Source: Acutalibacteraceae bacterium
Lineage (GTDB): Bacteria; Bacillota; Clostridia; Oscillospirales; Acutalibacteraceae
Assembly: GCA_045604385.1 (NCBI GenBank)
Contig: JAZUNX010000051.1
Location: forward strand, 1,501 to 65,500
Reading direction: 5' to 3'
Length of the DNA stretch: 64,000 nt
Position 1 is the first letter of the stretch, and every line of letters starts with the position of its first letter. Under the pieces are notes generated by a model. The model ran no database searches. It had not been told where the DNA came from and worked only from the letters and a program-made list of their open reading frames with translations. A program made the position numbers and the translations under genes. Positions 9,195-17,977 of the stretch are shown one piece after another.

Positions 9195-12035
9195 TTGAGT
9201 ATAAAAATCAGCGTAATCGTGGCTGTTCACAGTGGTGGCGAAAAGATTAAAAAATCCCTCGACTGCCTTAAAAATCAAAGCCTTAAGGATATAGAGATTA
9301 TAATGGTTGATGCCTTGTCTACTGACGGCACGGCACAGATAATGAAATCCTATACTCAGGACAGCCGTTTTCTTTTTTATTCCTTTGAAGGTGAGAGTAT
9401 TTCCGAAAGCAGAAACTTTGCTCTTTCGAAGGCAAAGGGTAAATATGTTGCCTTTTGCGACAGTAGTGTTATCTTTACAAGAAATCTTCTCAAGGAAATG
9501 TACGAAACTGCCCGTGAAAAGAATGCGGACTTATGTGTATCGCCTATGGCGAGCAGTGATATTTACGGCAAACACGAATTTTCCTCTGCAAACACTCTTT
9601 CAAAGGAAAAGGTTACCGACAAGTTTGACACAAACCTTATCTGGAATCCTGCCGTAACCAATAAAATTTTCAAAAGAGAAAAAATAGAGACAACCTCTGC
9701 CAAGTTCTGTCCTTACGGTAAGGCAAGAGAGGCGGCTTTTTCCATTCCCTTTGCCTTTAACAGTAATATCATCGTTTCATGTTCAAGAAACTCTGTTGTT
9801 TATATTAACCCCGTGGTTGATGTGGGCGTTTCTGCATTTCCTATTGAGCAGTATCTTGACGCTTATGAGTATATAATCGAACAGGCTGAAATTGCTTTCG
9901 ATAAGGATATAGAAAATGCAAAGACAGACTTTGACAAAAAGGAACTGAAAAAGCAGAAAATCTGCTATATAGATCAGATTTATCACAAGGAAATAACTGT
10001 CCTGCTTTACAGCTATTACCGTCATTTCTGGACAGTTGACGATGAAAGTATAAAAAAATATGCAGAGATAATAATGTCTCTTTATCATAAGCTTTCAAAG
10101 TCGGGTAAAAGTCAGCTTCGCAAAAAAAATAAAGATATTTTTTACGGTGAAAGTCTTATTACCTCTAAAAAAGAAATGGCAGAAAAGCCGAAGGTAACTC
10201 TGTGTATTTTGCCTTTTACAGGGGGCAGGGGGTATACTGAAGAAGGTTTGGCGGTCCTTGTCGAGTCTGTATACAATCAGACTATGCCCACTTTTGAACT
10301 TTATGCTGATGAAAGTCTTTACGGAATTTTCCCCGAAAAGTATAAAAAAGCTGAAAATCTCACCTTCATAAAAAGCGAATCGGCAGCCGAATTTAAGGAT
10401 TTGTGCCTTGATATGTGTCATACGGACTATATTATGTTTCAGGAGTGCGGCGTAAGGCTCAATCCGAAAATTCTTATGCGCCATTACTCCGTTCTTGAGG
10501 GCAGAGATAAGTACGGATTTTCTACTTCTCCCATAACTCTTTTTGACGGAGTGAATACAGAAAAATATGTCTTTTCCGACCTGTTTTTCAAATCACAGAC
10601 AGACAAGAGCCGTGTTCAGCCACAGGATAAAACATTCCTTCTTGACCTGTTTTTCTGTAATAAGCTTTTTAGCACGGCGCATCTTAAGGGTATTCATTTC
10701 TCATTTTCCGATAACCCTGCCTATGATATGTATAAACTTTACAAGCACTCCCGTTTCAAAAAGCTTTTTCACAGAGGAGCGTATCTTAATGTAAAGGAAG
10801 AGGAGGCAGTTGCTTACCTTCGAAAGGAAGAGAGACTTCTTGATGAAACAAAGAGGAAGATATATAAAACCTATAAATTTAATTATCTGACAGGTGTAAA
10901 GCTTAAAAATATAAAAGAAAAAATCAGGAATAAACTTTCTTTGACGGTAAAATATATTTACACATTTGTTGATTTTATTTTTGCCTTCATTTTTTCTTCC
11001 ATGAAAATTCAGAACAGAGTTTTCTTTTATACAGGCAGAACCACAGGTGAGCCTGATGAAAATCTGTCCCAACTTTACAGAAGCTGCAGTGAAAAAAAGG
11101 CGCTCTTTGCCAAAGAAAAACCACACGGCTTCAAAGACCTTGTCAGAAAAAGATATTACCTTTTTACAAGCAAGGTAATTGTTACCGATGACTACATTTA
11201 TCATCTTCGCAAGCATAAACTCAAGGATGAGCAGAAGCTTATACAGATATGGTACACAGGCGGTGCCTTCAAAAAAATGGGCATTGACGGACCTTCCATA
11301 CTTTCGGATTTCGATGAATACAAAACTCACTCGCAGTACAGCGATTTCTGCGTTTCCTCGGAATATGTCCGTCAGTATTACTGCCACGCCTTCGGTCTTG
11401 ACGAGGATGTGGTTAAGGCAGTCGGCACACCAAGATCTGACCTTGTTGTAAACAAAGACAACATAGCCTCCAATAAAGAAGAAATATGCTCAAAGCATCC
11501 TCTTCTCAAAAATAAAAAGGTATATCTTTACTGTCCTACTGTAAGAATAAAGGAAGATGTGATTATTCCTTTTGATCCCAAAATTGATTGGGCAGAGCTT
11601 AATGACGAGCTTGAGGATGATGAAGTATTTGTTATCAGCCGTCATCCGTCAATGAAAGAGGAATATATCAAAGGCAGATTTTATTCAAGAGTGAAGGACT
11701 ACTCCTTTGAAAGCACGAGTGAGCTTTTAGCCGTTGCCGATGTTATAATCACCGACTATTCCTCCATAGTTTTTGATGCCTCGCTTATGGATAAACCGAC
11801 AGTATTTTACTGCCCCGATTTTGAAGAGCATAAGGACGATACTTATCTTGACTATGATAAAGATCTCCCCGGTGAAAAAATAATAAAGGCCGAAGATATT
11901 CTTCCTGCCGCAAGACGGGCAAAGGAGGTTTCTTCAGCCGAGGTAAGAGCCATTTTTAATGAAAAGCAAATGGGTGCCTGTGACGGAAAAAGCACCGAAA
12001 GAATCCTCACTATAATTAAAAATTATATGAAATAA
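9195..12035 (+). CDS. Multidomain teichoic-acid/cell-wall glycopolymer enzyme: GT2 glycosyltransferase domain(s) plus a C-terminal CDP-glycerol glycerophosphotransferase (TagF/TagB-like) domain
   Basis: TTG start. N-terminus ISVIVAVHSGGEKIKKSLDCLKNQSLKDIEIIMVDALSTDGT (GT2). Second GT2-like segment around KVTLCILPF...VYNQT. C-terminus KKVYLYCPTVR, HPSMKE, ADVIITDYSSIVFDASLMDKPTVFYCPD (Glyphos_transf-like). Confidence 0.75.
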   Translation: MSIKISVIVAVHSGGEKIKKSLDCLKNQSLKDIEIIMVDALSTDGTAQIMKSYTQDSRFLFYSFEGESISESRNFALSKAKGKYVAFCDSSVIFTRNLLKEMYETAREKNADLCVSPMASSDIYGKHEFSSANTLSKEKVTDKFDTNLIWNPAVTNKIFKREKIETTSAKFCPYGKAREAAFSIPFAFNSNIIVSCSRNSVVYINPVVDVGVSAFPIEQYLDAYEYIIEQAEIAFDKDIENAKTDFDKKELKKQKICYIDQIYHKEITVLLYSYYRHFWTVDDESIKKYAEIIMSLYHKLSKSGKSQLRKKNKDIFYGESLITSKKEMAEKPKVTLCILPFTGGRGYTEEGLAVLVESVYNQTMPTFELYADESLYGIFPEKYKKAENLTFIKSESAAEFKDLCLDMCHTDYIMFQECGVRLNPKILMRHYSVLEGRDKYGFSTSPITLFDGVNTEKYVFSDLFFKSQTDKSRVQPQDKTFLLDLFFCNKLFSTAHLKGIHFSFSDNPAYDMYKLYKHSRFKKLFHRGAYLNVKEEEAVAYLRKEERLLDETKRKIYKTYKFNYLTGVKLKNIKEKIRNKLSLTVKYIYTFVDFIFAFIFSSMKIQNRVFFYTGRTTGEPDENLSQLYRSCSEKKALFAKEKPHGFKDLVRKRYYLFTSKVIVTDDYIYHLRKHKLKDEQKLIQIWYTGGAFKKMGIDGPSILSDFDEYKTHSQYSDFCVSSEYVRQYYCHAFGLDEDVVKAVGTPRSDLVVNKDNIASNKEEICSKHPLLKNKKVYLYCPTVRIKEDVIIPFDPKIDWAELNDELEDDEVFVISRHPSMKEEYIKGRFYSRVKDYSFESTSELLAVADVIITDYSSIVFDASLMDKPTVFYCPDFEEHKDDTYLDYDKDLPGEKIIKAEDILPAARRAKEVSSAEVRAIFNEKQMGACDGKSTERILTIIKNYMK

Positions 12036-12040
12036 ATGAC

Positions 12041-12081
12041 AAAACTCCCGAGTTCTTGAACTTTCGGGAGTTTTGTTTTTT
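12041..12081 (+). terminator. Rho-independent terminator
   Basis: AAAACTCCCGA / TCGGGAGTTTT stem followed by GTTTTTT. Confidence 0.8.
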
Positions 12082-12167
12082 GAGTGATTTTTTACCTGTT
12101 ATAATTTTTTGCCTTGAACACAAATTATATTTGCGGCTGAAAAAAACAGCGTGTTCGGAGGTGAAAA

Positions 12168-13391
12168 ATGGTAAAGAGTATCAAAGCTATAAGAACAATT
12201 CTTATGAGCGTTACTTTTGTAGTTCTGTGTCTTTTGGTTTACGGTTTTTATGCAGTACCTGATGAGTTGTACTGTGTAGCCGATAAACGAGAAAGTGTAA
12301 GTGAAATCTATACAATAACCTACGGTAAAAAAATCAGCGGTAACGTAGGACGGAATATAGGTCAGAGTGAAAAGTACGAAGCTGAGGTAAGTCTTCTTAA
12401 TGTAATTCCCGTCAAAAGCTCTTCCGTTACGGTCAAAAGCAGAGATTATGTTGAAGTTTCGGGTGAACTTTTCGGGCTCAGACTTTTTACCGAAGGTGTA
12501 ATGATTGTAGCCATTGATGAAGTCGATACGGAAATGGGTTATGTTTCCCCGGCGAAGAGTGCGGGACTTCAGAAAGGCGATGTAATTTACTCGATAAACG
12601 GAACAAAAGTAAAAACAAGCCAGCAGGTTTCAGATGTTTTTCTGAAAGCGGGCGGCAACAGTATGGAATTTGAATATATCCGCGGTGACAGGCATCACAA
12701 AGTACAGTTTTCGCTTGCGTACAGTGTTTCTGAAAGTAAGTATAAAGCAGGTCTGTGGATAAGGGACAGCGCGGCAGGTATAGGTACAATGACCTTTTAC
12801 GATGTTGCATCAGGTATGTTCGCATCTTTGGGACACGGAGTCTGCGATGTTGACACAGGTGAAATATTACCTCTTTCAAACGGAGATATAGTATCTGCCT
12901 ATGTAAGCGGTTGCTATAAGGGCAAAAGCGGTAAAGCAGGTGAACTTTGCGGTGTTTTTAATCCTGAAATAAAGGGAGAGCTTATGTGTAACTGTGAAAC
13001 GGGTGTTTACGGTAAAGCGCAGAAAATAAGTGCTAAAGCTCTTATGCCCGTGGCGACAAAAGGTGAGGTAAAAACAGGTAAGGCTTATATAATTTCCACA
13101 GTAGATAAAGACGGCCCTGAATATTATGAGATAGAAATAATGAAGGTAACGGATAGTTCGTCGCAGAATAAGAATATGGTAATAAAAGTAACAGACAGTA
13201 AACTGATAGAAAAAACAGGCGGTATAGTTCAGGGAATGAGCGGCTCACCTATCATACAGAATAATATGCTTGTCGGTGCCGTAACGCACGTATTTGTAAG
13301 CGACCCCACACAGGGTTATGCCATTTTCGCCGAAACGATGCTTGAAAAAGCAAGAAGCGTATCACAGGAAGAATTATCAGTCGCGTCTTAA
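12168..13391 (+). CDS. spoIVB: Stage IV sporulation protein B (S55 signalling serine peptidase)
   Basis: TM anchor, PDZ segment, GIGTMTFYD...SLGHGV and GMSGSPIIQNNMLVGAVTHV motifs characteristic of SpoIVB. Confidence 0.85.
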   Translation: MVKSIKAIRTILMSVTFVVLCLLVYGFYAVPDELYCVADKRESVSEIYTITYGKKISGNVGRNIGQSEKYEAEVSLLNVIPVKSSSVTVKSRDYVEVSGELFGLRLFTEGVMIVAIDEVDTEMGYVSPAKSAGLQKGDVIYSINGTKVKTSQQVSDVFLKAGGNSMEFEYIRGDRHHKVQFSLAYSVSESKYKAGLWIRDSAAGIGTMTFYDVASGMFASLGHGVCDVDTGEILPLSNGDIVSAYVSGCYKGKSGKAGELCGVFNPEIKGELMCNCETGVYGKAQKISAKALMPVATKGEVKTGKAYIISTVDKDGPEYYEIEIMKVTDSSSQNKNMVIKVTDSKLIEKTGGIVQGMSGSPIIQNNMLVGAVTHVFVSDPTQGYAIFAETMLEKARSVSQEELSVAS

Positions 13392-13410
13392 AAGCCTGAA
13401 AGGGCAATAA

Positions 13411-13457
13411 AAAACAGAAATCTCTCTGACAGCTATGTCTCGGAAATTTCTGTTTTT
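13411..13457. terminator. Bidirectional-looking terminator hairpin after spoIVB
   Basis: AAAACAGAAAT ... ATTTCTGTTTT(T). A-run on the left, T-run on the right. Confidence 0.6.
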
Positions 13458-13561
13458 GCTTATTCTATGCTACAACAAGGTTCTCGAACGCAAAGCGTGA
13501 TAGGTTCTTATTGTATGTTACAACAAGGTTCTCGAACGCAAAGCGTGAGAGGTTCTTATTT
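13457..13561. repeat. About 2.2 tandem copies of a 48-bp unit, with heptamer AGGTTCT phased every 24 bp
   Basis: Units start at 13466 and 13514 and are nearly identical. AGGTTCT occurs at 13478, 13502, 13526 and 13550. Each unit contains an ACGC-AAA-GCGT hairpin. Confidence 0.8.
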
Positions 13562-14392
13562 TTTGTCAAGATACCTTTCTACTGCATCTTCCCAATGGGG
13601 GAGAAGAGAAAAACCTGCATCTGTGAGAGATTTTTTGTTCATTCTGGAATTTTTCGGCCTTTTTGCGGGGGTGATATATTCCTCGCTTGTTACGGGGTTA
13701 ACCTTCATCGGAATGTTTTTATATTCGAAAACTTTTTTTGCAAGGTCAAACCAGGAGCAAAAGCCTTCGTTAGTGGCGTGATAAACTCCGTATTTTTCCG
13801 TCTGCGCCATTTCCGTAAGAAGAAGGGCAAGGTCATTTGAATAGGTGGGAGAGCCGACCTGATCACAGACCACATTAACTTCGTCTCTTGTTTCAGAAAG
13901 GCGGAGCATGGTGGCGATAAAGTTTCTGTCCTCTTCACCGAAAACCCATGAGGTGCGGACGATGAAATATTTATCGCAAAGGCTTATAACTGTCTTTTCA
14001 CCCTCGTATTTACTCTTGCCGTAAACGGAAAGAGGAGATTTTTCGTCACTTACATCAAAAGGTTTTTCAACTTCGCCCGAAAAAACATAGTCTGTACTGA
14101 TGTAGATAATTGCGGCATTTTTATCTTTGCACACTTTGGCAAGATTTTCTGTTCCCTTTGCGTTGATGCTGAAGCAGAGATCTCTTTCTTCCTCGGCTTT
14201 ATCCACGGCAGTATAGGCAGCACAGTGAATGAGAACATCAAAGTCTGTCTTATCAAAAAACAATTCAACCTCTTTCTTTGAGGTAATATCGACATCATCT
14301 TTATCGATGCCCTTGTGGGGTATATTTTTTTCTTTTAAAATGCGGCATACATCACCGCCGAGTTGCCCTGCGGCACCTGTTACAATAATCAT
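13556..14392 (-). CDS. rfbD: dTDP-4-dehydrorhamnose reductase
   Basis: 278 aa. N-terminal MIIVTGAAGQLG Rossmann motif. Length and overall similarity to RmlD. Follows rfbC. Confidence 0.85.
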   Translation of the reverse strand: MIIVTGAAGQLGGDVCRILKEKNIPHKGIDKDDVDITSKKEVELFFDKTDFDVLIHCAAYTAVDKAEEERDLCFSINAKGTENLAKVCKDKNAAIIYISTDYVFSGEVEKPFDVSDEKSPLSVYGKSKYEGEKTVISLCDKYFIVRTSWVFGEEDRNFIATMLRLSETRDEVNVVCDQVGSPTYSNDLALLLTEMAQTEKYGVYHATNEGFCSWFDLAKKVFEYKNIPMKVNPVTSEEYITPAKRPKNSRMNKKSLTDAGFSLLPHWEDAVERYLDKK

Positions 14393-14403
14393 CTTATCAC
14401 CTC

Positions 14404-14680
14404 AGGGTGGCGACAATCGAACCGAATAAGCCTTAAAAGTCCGATTTTCGGCACCTTTTAAATTTTTTCTCCTCGTAATACGAGAGTATTACTTCGTCGA
14501 AGAAAACCCAAATGCACCAAAACTCGGGCATTTTAGGTTTTCAAAGTTTAACACAAGAAGATTTTTGTCAGCCTCAAGGCAAAAGGTGAAGGCAATACTT
14601 GCGTATTGGCAAGCCTTTTAATGCAGAGATGGCGGAAATATACCGTGTTAAACCTTATTGGGTTCGACTGTCGTTACCCT
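14404..14680 (-). repeat. Copy 3 of the ~270-nt structured repeat (between rfbC and rfbD, minus orientation)
   Basis: Its reverse complement aligns along its length with 28253-28520. The rfbC stop codon (14674-14676) lies inside the 5' arm, and the element ends 1 nt before the rfbD SD (GAGGTGA). Confidence 0.8.
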
Positions 14681-15225
14681 ATAAAATCTACATCGCTGTC
14701 ACAAAGGTAGGGTGCATTTTTGTCCTTGTCCGAAAGCACGGGAGAAGTAACACCCCAATCGACACCGATTTCTTTATCGTCAAAGCGGATGCTTCTGTCA
14801 TTTTCTTTGTTATAATAGCCGTCAACCTTGTATAAAACCTCCACATTGTCAGTAAGGGTGACAAAGCCGTGACCGAAGCCCTTGGGAATGTAGAGCATAT
14901 TTTTGTTTTCCTCTGAAAGGACAGCGCTTACCCATTTAAGATAGGTAGGGGAGCCTTTCCTTAAATCCACGGCAACGTCGAGAATTTTTCCCTTTGTACA
15001 GCAGATAAGCTTTGTCTGTGCATAGGGTGTTTTCTGGAAGTGGATACCTCTTAAGGTGCCTTTCTCTGCGGAAAATGAACGGTTATCCTGAACGAAAACC
15101 GTGTCTATACCGAGTTCTTTTAATTTTTCATAGTTATATGATTCGTAAAACCAGCCTCTGTTATCGCCAAAAACCTGTGGTTCAATAAGCTTTACTTCTG
15201 GTAAATCCGTATTTATAATCTTCAT
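14674..15225 (-). CDS. rfbC: dTDP-4-dehydrorhamnose 3,5-epimerase
   Basis: MKIINTDLPEVKLIEPQVFGDNRGWFYESYN is typical of RmlC. ATG at 15225 with AAGGTGA 5 nt upstream. The track's GTG at 15234 is less likely. Confidence 0.85.
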   Translation of the reverse strand: MKIINTDLPEVKLIEPQVFGDNRGWFYESYNYEKLKELGIDTVFVQDNRSFSAEKGTLRGIHFQKTPYAQTKLICCTKGKILDVAVDLRKGSPTYLKWVSAVLSEENKNMLYIPKGFGHGFVTLTDNVEVLYKVDGYYNKENDRSIRFDDKEIGVDWGVTSPVLSDKDKNAPYLCDSDVDFIG

Positions 15226-15254
15226 AAATATCACCTTTTGTTTTTATTGATTAG

Positions 15255-15283
15255 ATTATACTATTTGTTAAAATAATAGTCAA
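15255..15283 (-). promoter_or_regulatory. sigma-A promoter for rfbC
   Basis: Minus strand reads TTGACT, 17 nt spacer, TATAAT. Confidence 0.55.
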
Positions 15284-15294
15284 TAACATTTTTC

Positions 15295-15323
15295 TTGACA
15301 AGAGAACTGAAAATACTTAAAAT
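15295..15323 (+). promoter_or_regulatory. sigma-A promoter for tmcAL
   Basis: TTGACA, 17 nt spacer, TAAAAT, about 20 nt before the GGGGGTGG RBS. Confidence 0.55.
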
Positions 15324-15344
15324 ATTAGAAAAGGGGGTGGAAGT

Positions 15345-16541
15345 ATGATTGCCGGAATAGTATGTGAATATAATCCCTTCCATAAGGGACATCTTTATCA
15401 CATAAGAAAAACCAAAGAAGCCGGCGCAGACTTCATCGTCTGTGTTATGAGCGGAAATTTTGTCCAAAGGGGCGAATGTGCTTATGCAGATAAATGGAGC
15501 CGTGCCAAAGCCGCCATAACCTGCGGTGCCGATGTGGTTATCGACCTGCCAGTGCCATGGGCGTGTGCCTCAGCTGAAAACTTTGCAAAAGGCAGTGTAG
15601 GGCTTCTCTGTGATTTCGGTATAGATATGCTTTCCTTCGGCAGTGAATGGGAGGATGCTAGGCTTCTTGAAAGATGTGCCTGCGCCCTTGATGATAAAAA
15701 TGTAGCCCTTCTCCTTAAAGAAAAAATGTCCTCGGGACTGTCTTACCCGGCGGCTCTTTGCGAGGCTGTGGGTGAGCTTTACGGCGGAAAAGAGAGTGAT
15801 GTTTTATCTTCTCCCAACAGCACCCTTGCCGTGGAATACATCCGTGCTTTAAGGCAATATTCCGTTGATGTCAAACTTTTACCTGTAAAAAGAATGGGTA
15901 GCGGACACGACAGCGAGGAAATAACCGACGGCACGGCAAGTGCGAGTAAAATCAGAGCCTTCGAAAGCTTTTCCGACAGCAGAGAATATATCCCCGAAAA
16001 AGCATACAGTCTTTTTGAAAAATCTTTCATTGAGGGTAACGGTCCTTATGCTATGAAAAACGGCGAAAGAGCAATTCTTTCTGCCCTTCGTGAAATAAAA
16101 AAGGAAGATTTCTCCCTTTATGTGACCGATTCTTCGGGTCTTTCAAACCGCATTTATGAGGCAGTACAGACCGCCTCATCTCTTGACTTTCTTTACGAAA
16201 AAGCTAAAAGTAAAAATTACACTCATTCGAGAGTGCGCCGTGAGGTTATGAATCTTTTTCTTAAAATCCCGAAGGATACGTCCAAGGAAAAAGTACCCTA
16301 TATGCGTATTCTTGCTGTAGGCGAAAGAGGAATTTCACTTCTTGCCCGTGCAAAGGAAATTTCCTCCGTACCACTTGTTACCCGCCACGGTGAAATGCTT
16401 TCTCTTTCCGAAAAGGCAAAAGAGGTTTACTCTATTCAATGTTCGAGTACGGATAAGTTTGCTCTTTTCAGTGAAAGCATAAGGGAATGCTCTCTGGAAC
16501 AGAAAAACTCAATGATAAAAGTTAACGCTGACAGTTTATAA
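15345..16541 (+). CDS. tmcAL: tRNA(Met) cytidine acetate ligase (UPF0348/YlbM nucleotidyltransferase family)
   Basis: N-terminus MIAGIVCEYNPFHKGHLYHI...VMSGNFVQRGE is characteristic of this family. Confidence 0.7.
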   Translation: MIAGIVCEYNPFHKGHLYHIRKTKEAGADFIVCVMSGNFVQRGECAYADKWSRAKAAITCGADVVIDLPVPWACASAENFAKGSVGLLCDFGIDMLSFGSEWEDARLLERCACALDDKNVALLLKEKMSSGLSYPAALCEAVGELYGGKESDVLSSPNSTLAVEYIRALRQYSVDVKLLPVKRMGSGHDSEEITDGTASASKIRAFESFSDSREYIPEKAYSLFEKSFIEGNGPYAMKNGERAILSALREIKKEDFSLYVTDSSGLSNRIYEAVQTASSLDFLYEKAKSKNYTHSRVRREVMNLFLKIPKDTSKEKVPYMRILAVGERGISLLARAKEISSVPLVTRHGEMLSLSEKAKEVYSIQCSSTDKFALFSESIRECSLEQKNSMIKVNADSL

Positions 16542-16560
16542 TCTGCCAGCGTTTTGCTTT

Positions 16561-17850
16561 TTATGCTTTTTCACCTATACAGTAATCATCCGTTGAAACC
16601 TCTTTAATAACCACATCAGCAGTCTTATGGCACATTTCCTCGGAAAACTTCGCCTTAACAGGGATATAGTTTGCCGTGTGTCCGCAGTAATAGCCCTCGC
16701 CGTCCTTCGTTTCAAAAAGAACGGAGTGTTTTTTGCCGATTTGCTTTCTGAAAAAGTCGAGCCTTATTTCTTCTGCCGTCTGTGTCATTATACGGCTTCT
16801 TTCTTCTTTGATTTTTTTATCGATGTGACCGCCCATTTTTTCAGCCTTGGTGCCTTTTCTTACGGAATAGGGGAAAACGTGTACCTTTTCAAAGGCAATC
16901 TCCCTCACAAAATCAAGACTTTCCTTAAAGTCCTCTTCACTTTCGCCTGCGAAGCCTACCATAACATCGGTGGTAAGAGTGCAGTCCTCAAAGCTTTCAC
17001 GGAGCTTGCGGCAGATTTGCCTGTACTCGTCGGCAGTATAGTGACGGTTCATGCTTTTAAGAGTATTGTCACAGCCACTCTGTAAAGAGATGTGGAACTG
17101 CGGGCAAAGCTTTTCGCATTCCGCAAGCTTTTCTATAACCTCGTCTGTCAGATGGTCGGGCTCAAGAGAGCCTAAACGTACACGCTCAATACCTTCTGTG
17201 TCATTTGCAACCTTGACCGCATCGGGGAAGGTAAGACCTATATCCGAGCCGTAGGAGGAAAGATTGATGCCCACGAGAACTACTTCTTTATATCCGTTTG
17301 CCGCAAGATTTTTAAGCTCACCTTTCAGTTCATCCAAAGGCTTTGAACGTACTCTGCCTCTTGAATAGGGGATAATGCAGTAGGAACAGAAACGGTTACA
17401 GCCGTCCTGGATTTTGATGTAAGCTCTTGTTCTTTCTTCAAATCGGCTTATGGTTGTACCTGAAAAGCTGTCGCCTTTTTTATGTTCTTTGATCTCGAAA
17501 ACCCTTGAGCCGAATTTGAGAAACTGCTCTATTGCATCGGCAATTTCCTCATTGTTTCTGTTACCAAGAACAATATCTGCCTCAACGAGTTCTTTTGACT
17601 TTTCGGGATAAGCCTGGGGCATACAGCCTGTGAGAACTACAATAGAATTGGGGTTATTTCTTTTAAAACGGCGTACAGCCTGTCTTGTTTTTTGGTCCGC
17701 GGCGGCCGTAACGGTGCAGGAATTGACAATAAAAATATCCGCGTTTCCGTCGGTTACCGTTTCATAGCCTCTTTTGCCGAGAGCCTCGCTTATTGCCTGA
17801 CTTTCATATTGATTGACCTTACAGCCTAAAGTGTAAAATTTAACTTTCAT
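16561..17850 (-). CDS. mtaB: Radical-SAM methylthiotransferase, MtaB-like (ms2t6A tRNA modification)
   Basis: MKVKFYTLGCKVNQYESQAI N-terminal UPF0004 domain. CNRFCSYC radical-SAM motif. 429 aa. Confidence 0.75.
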   Translation of the reverse strand: MKVKFYTLGCKVNQYESQAISEALGKRGYETVTDGNADIFIVNSCTVTAAADQKTRQAVRRFKRNNPNSIVVLTGCMPQAYPEKSKELVEADIVLGNRNNEEIADAIEQFLKFGSRVFEIKEHKKGDSFSGTTISRFEERTRAYIKIQDGCNRFCSYCIIPYSRGRVRSKPLDELKGELKNLAANGYKEVVLVGINLSSYGSDIGLTFPDAVKVANDTEGIERVRLGSLEPDHLTDEVIEKLAECEKLCPQFHISLQSGCDNTLKSMNRHYTADEYRQICRKLRESFEDCTLTTDVMVGFAGESEEDFKESLDFVREIAFEKVHVFPYSVRKGTKAEKMGGHIDKKIKEERSRIMTQTAEEIRLDFFRKQIGKKHSVLFETKDGEGYYCGHTANYIPVKAKFSEEMCHKTADVVIKEVSTDDYCIGEKA

Positions 17851-17977
17851 TGTTAACCAGCCTTGTTATTAATATCCTTTTAATTATAAAGCAATATTAA
17901 ATAATATTCAAGGGGTTGTTTTATTTTACCTTTTTCTTTCATATTTATTACCGAAAACTTTTTTGAGGTGATAAAAT

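Noticed and set aside
13457-13561. Tandem repeat as a mini CRISPR array.
   Set aside because: There are only about 2 units, they are directly abutting with no unique spacers, and the window has no cas genes and no leader.
14640-14680. GGGTTCGA-containing ends of the structured repeat as tRNA T-arm-like or tRNA-derived sequence.
   Set aside because: The flanking bases do not form a T stem (GGG-TTCGATT-GCC does not pair). No cloverleaf can be drawn. The resemblance is limited to about 7 nt.
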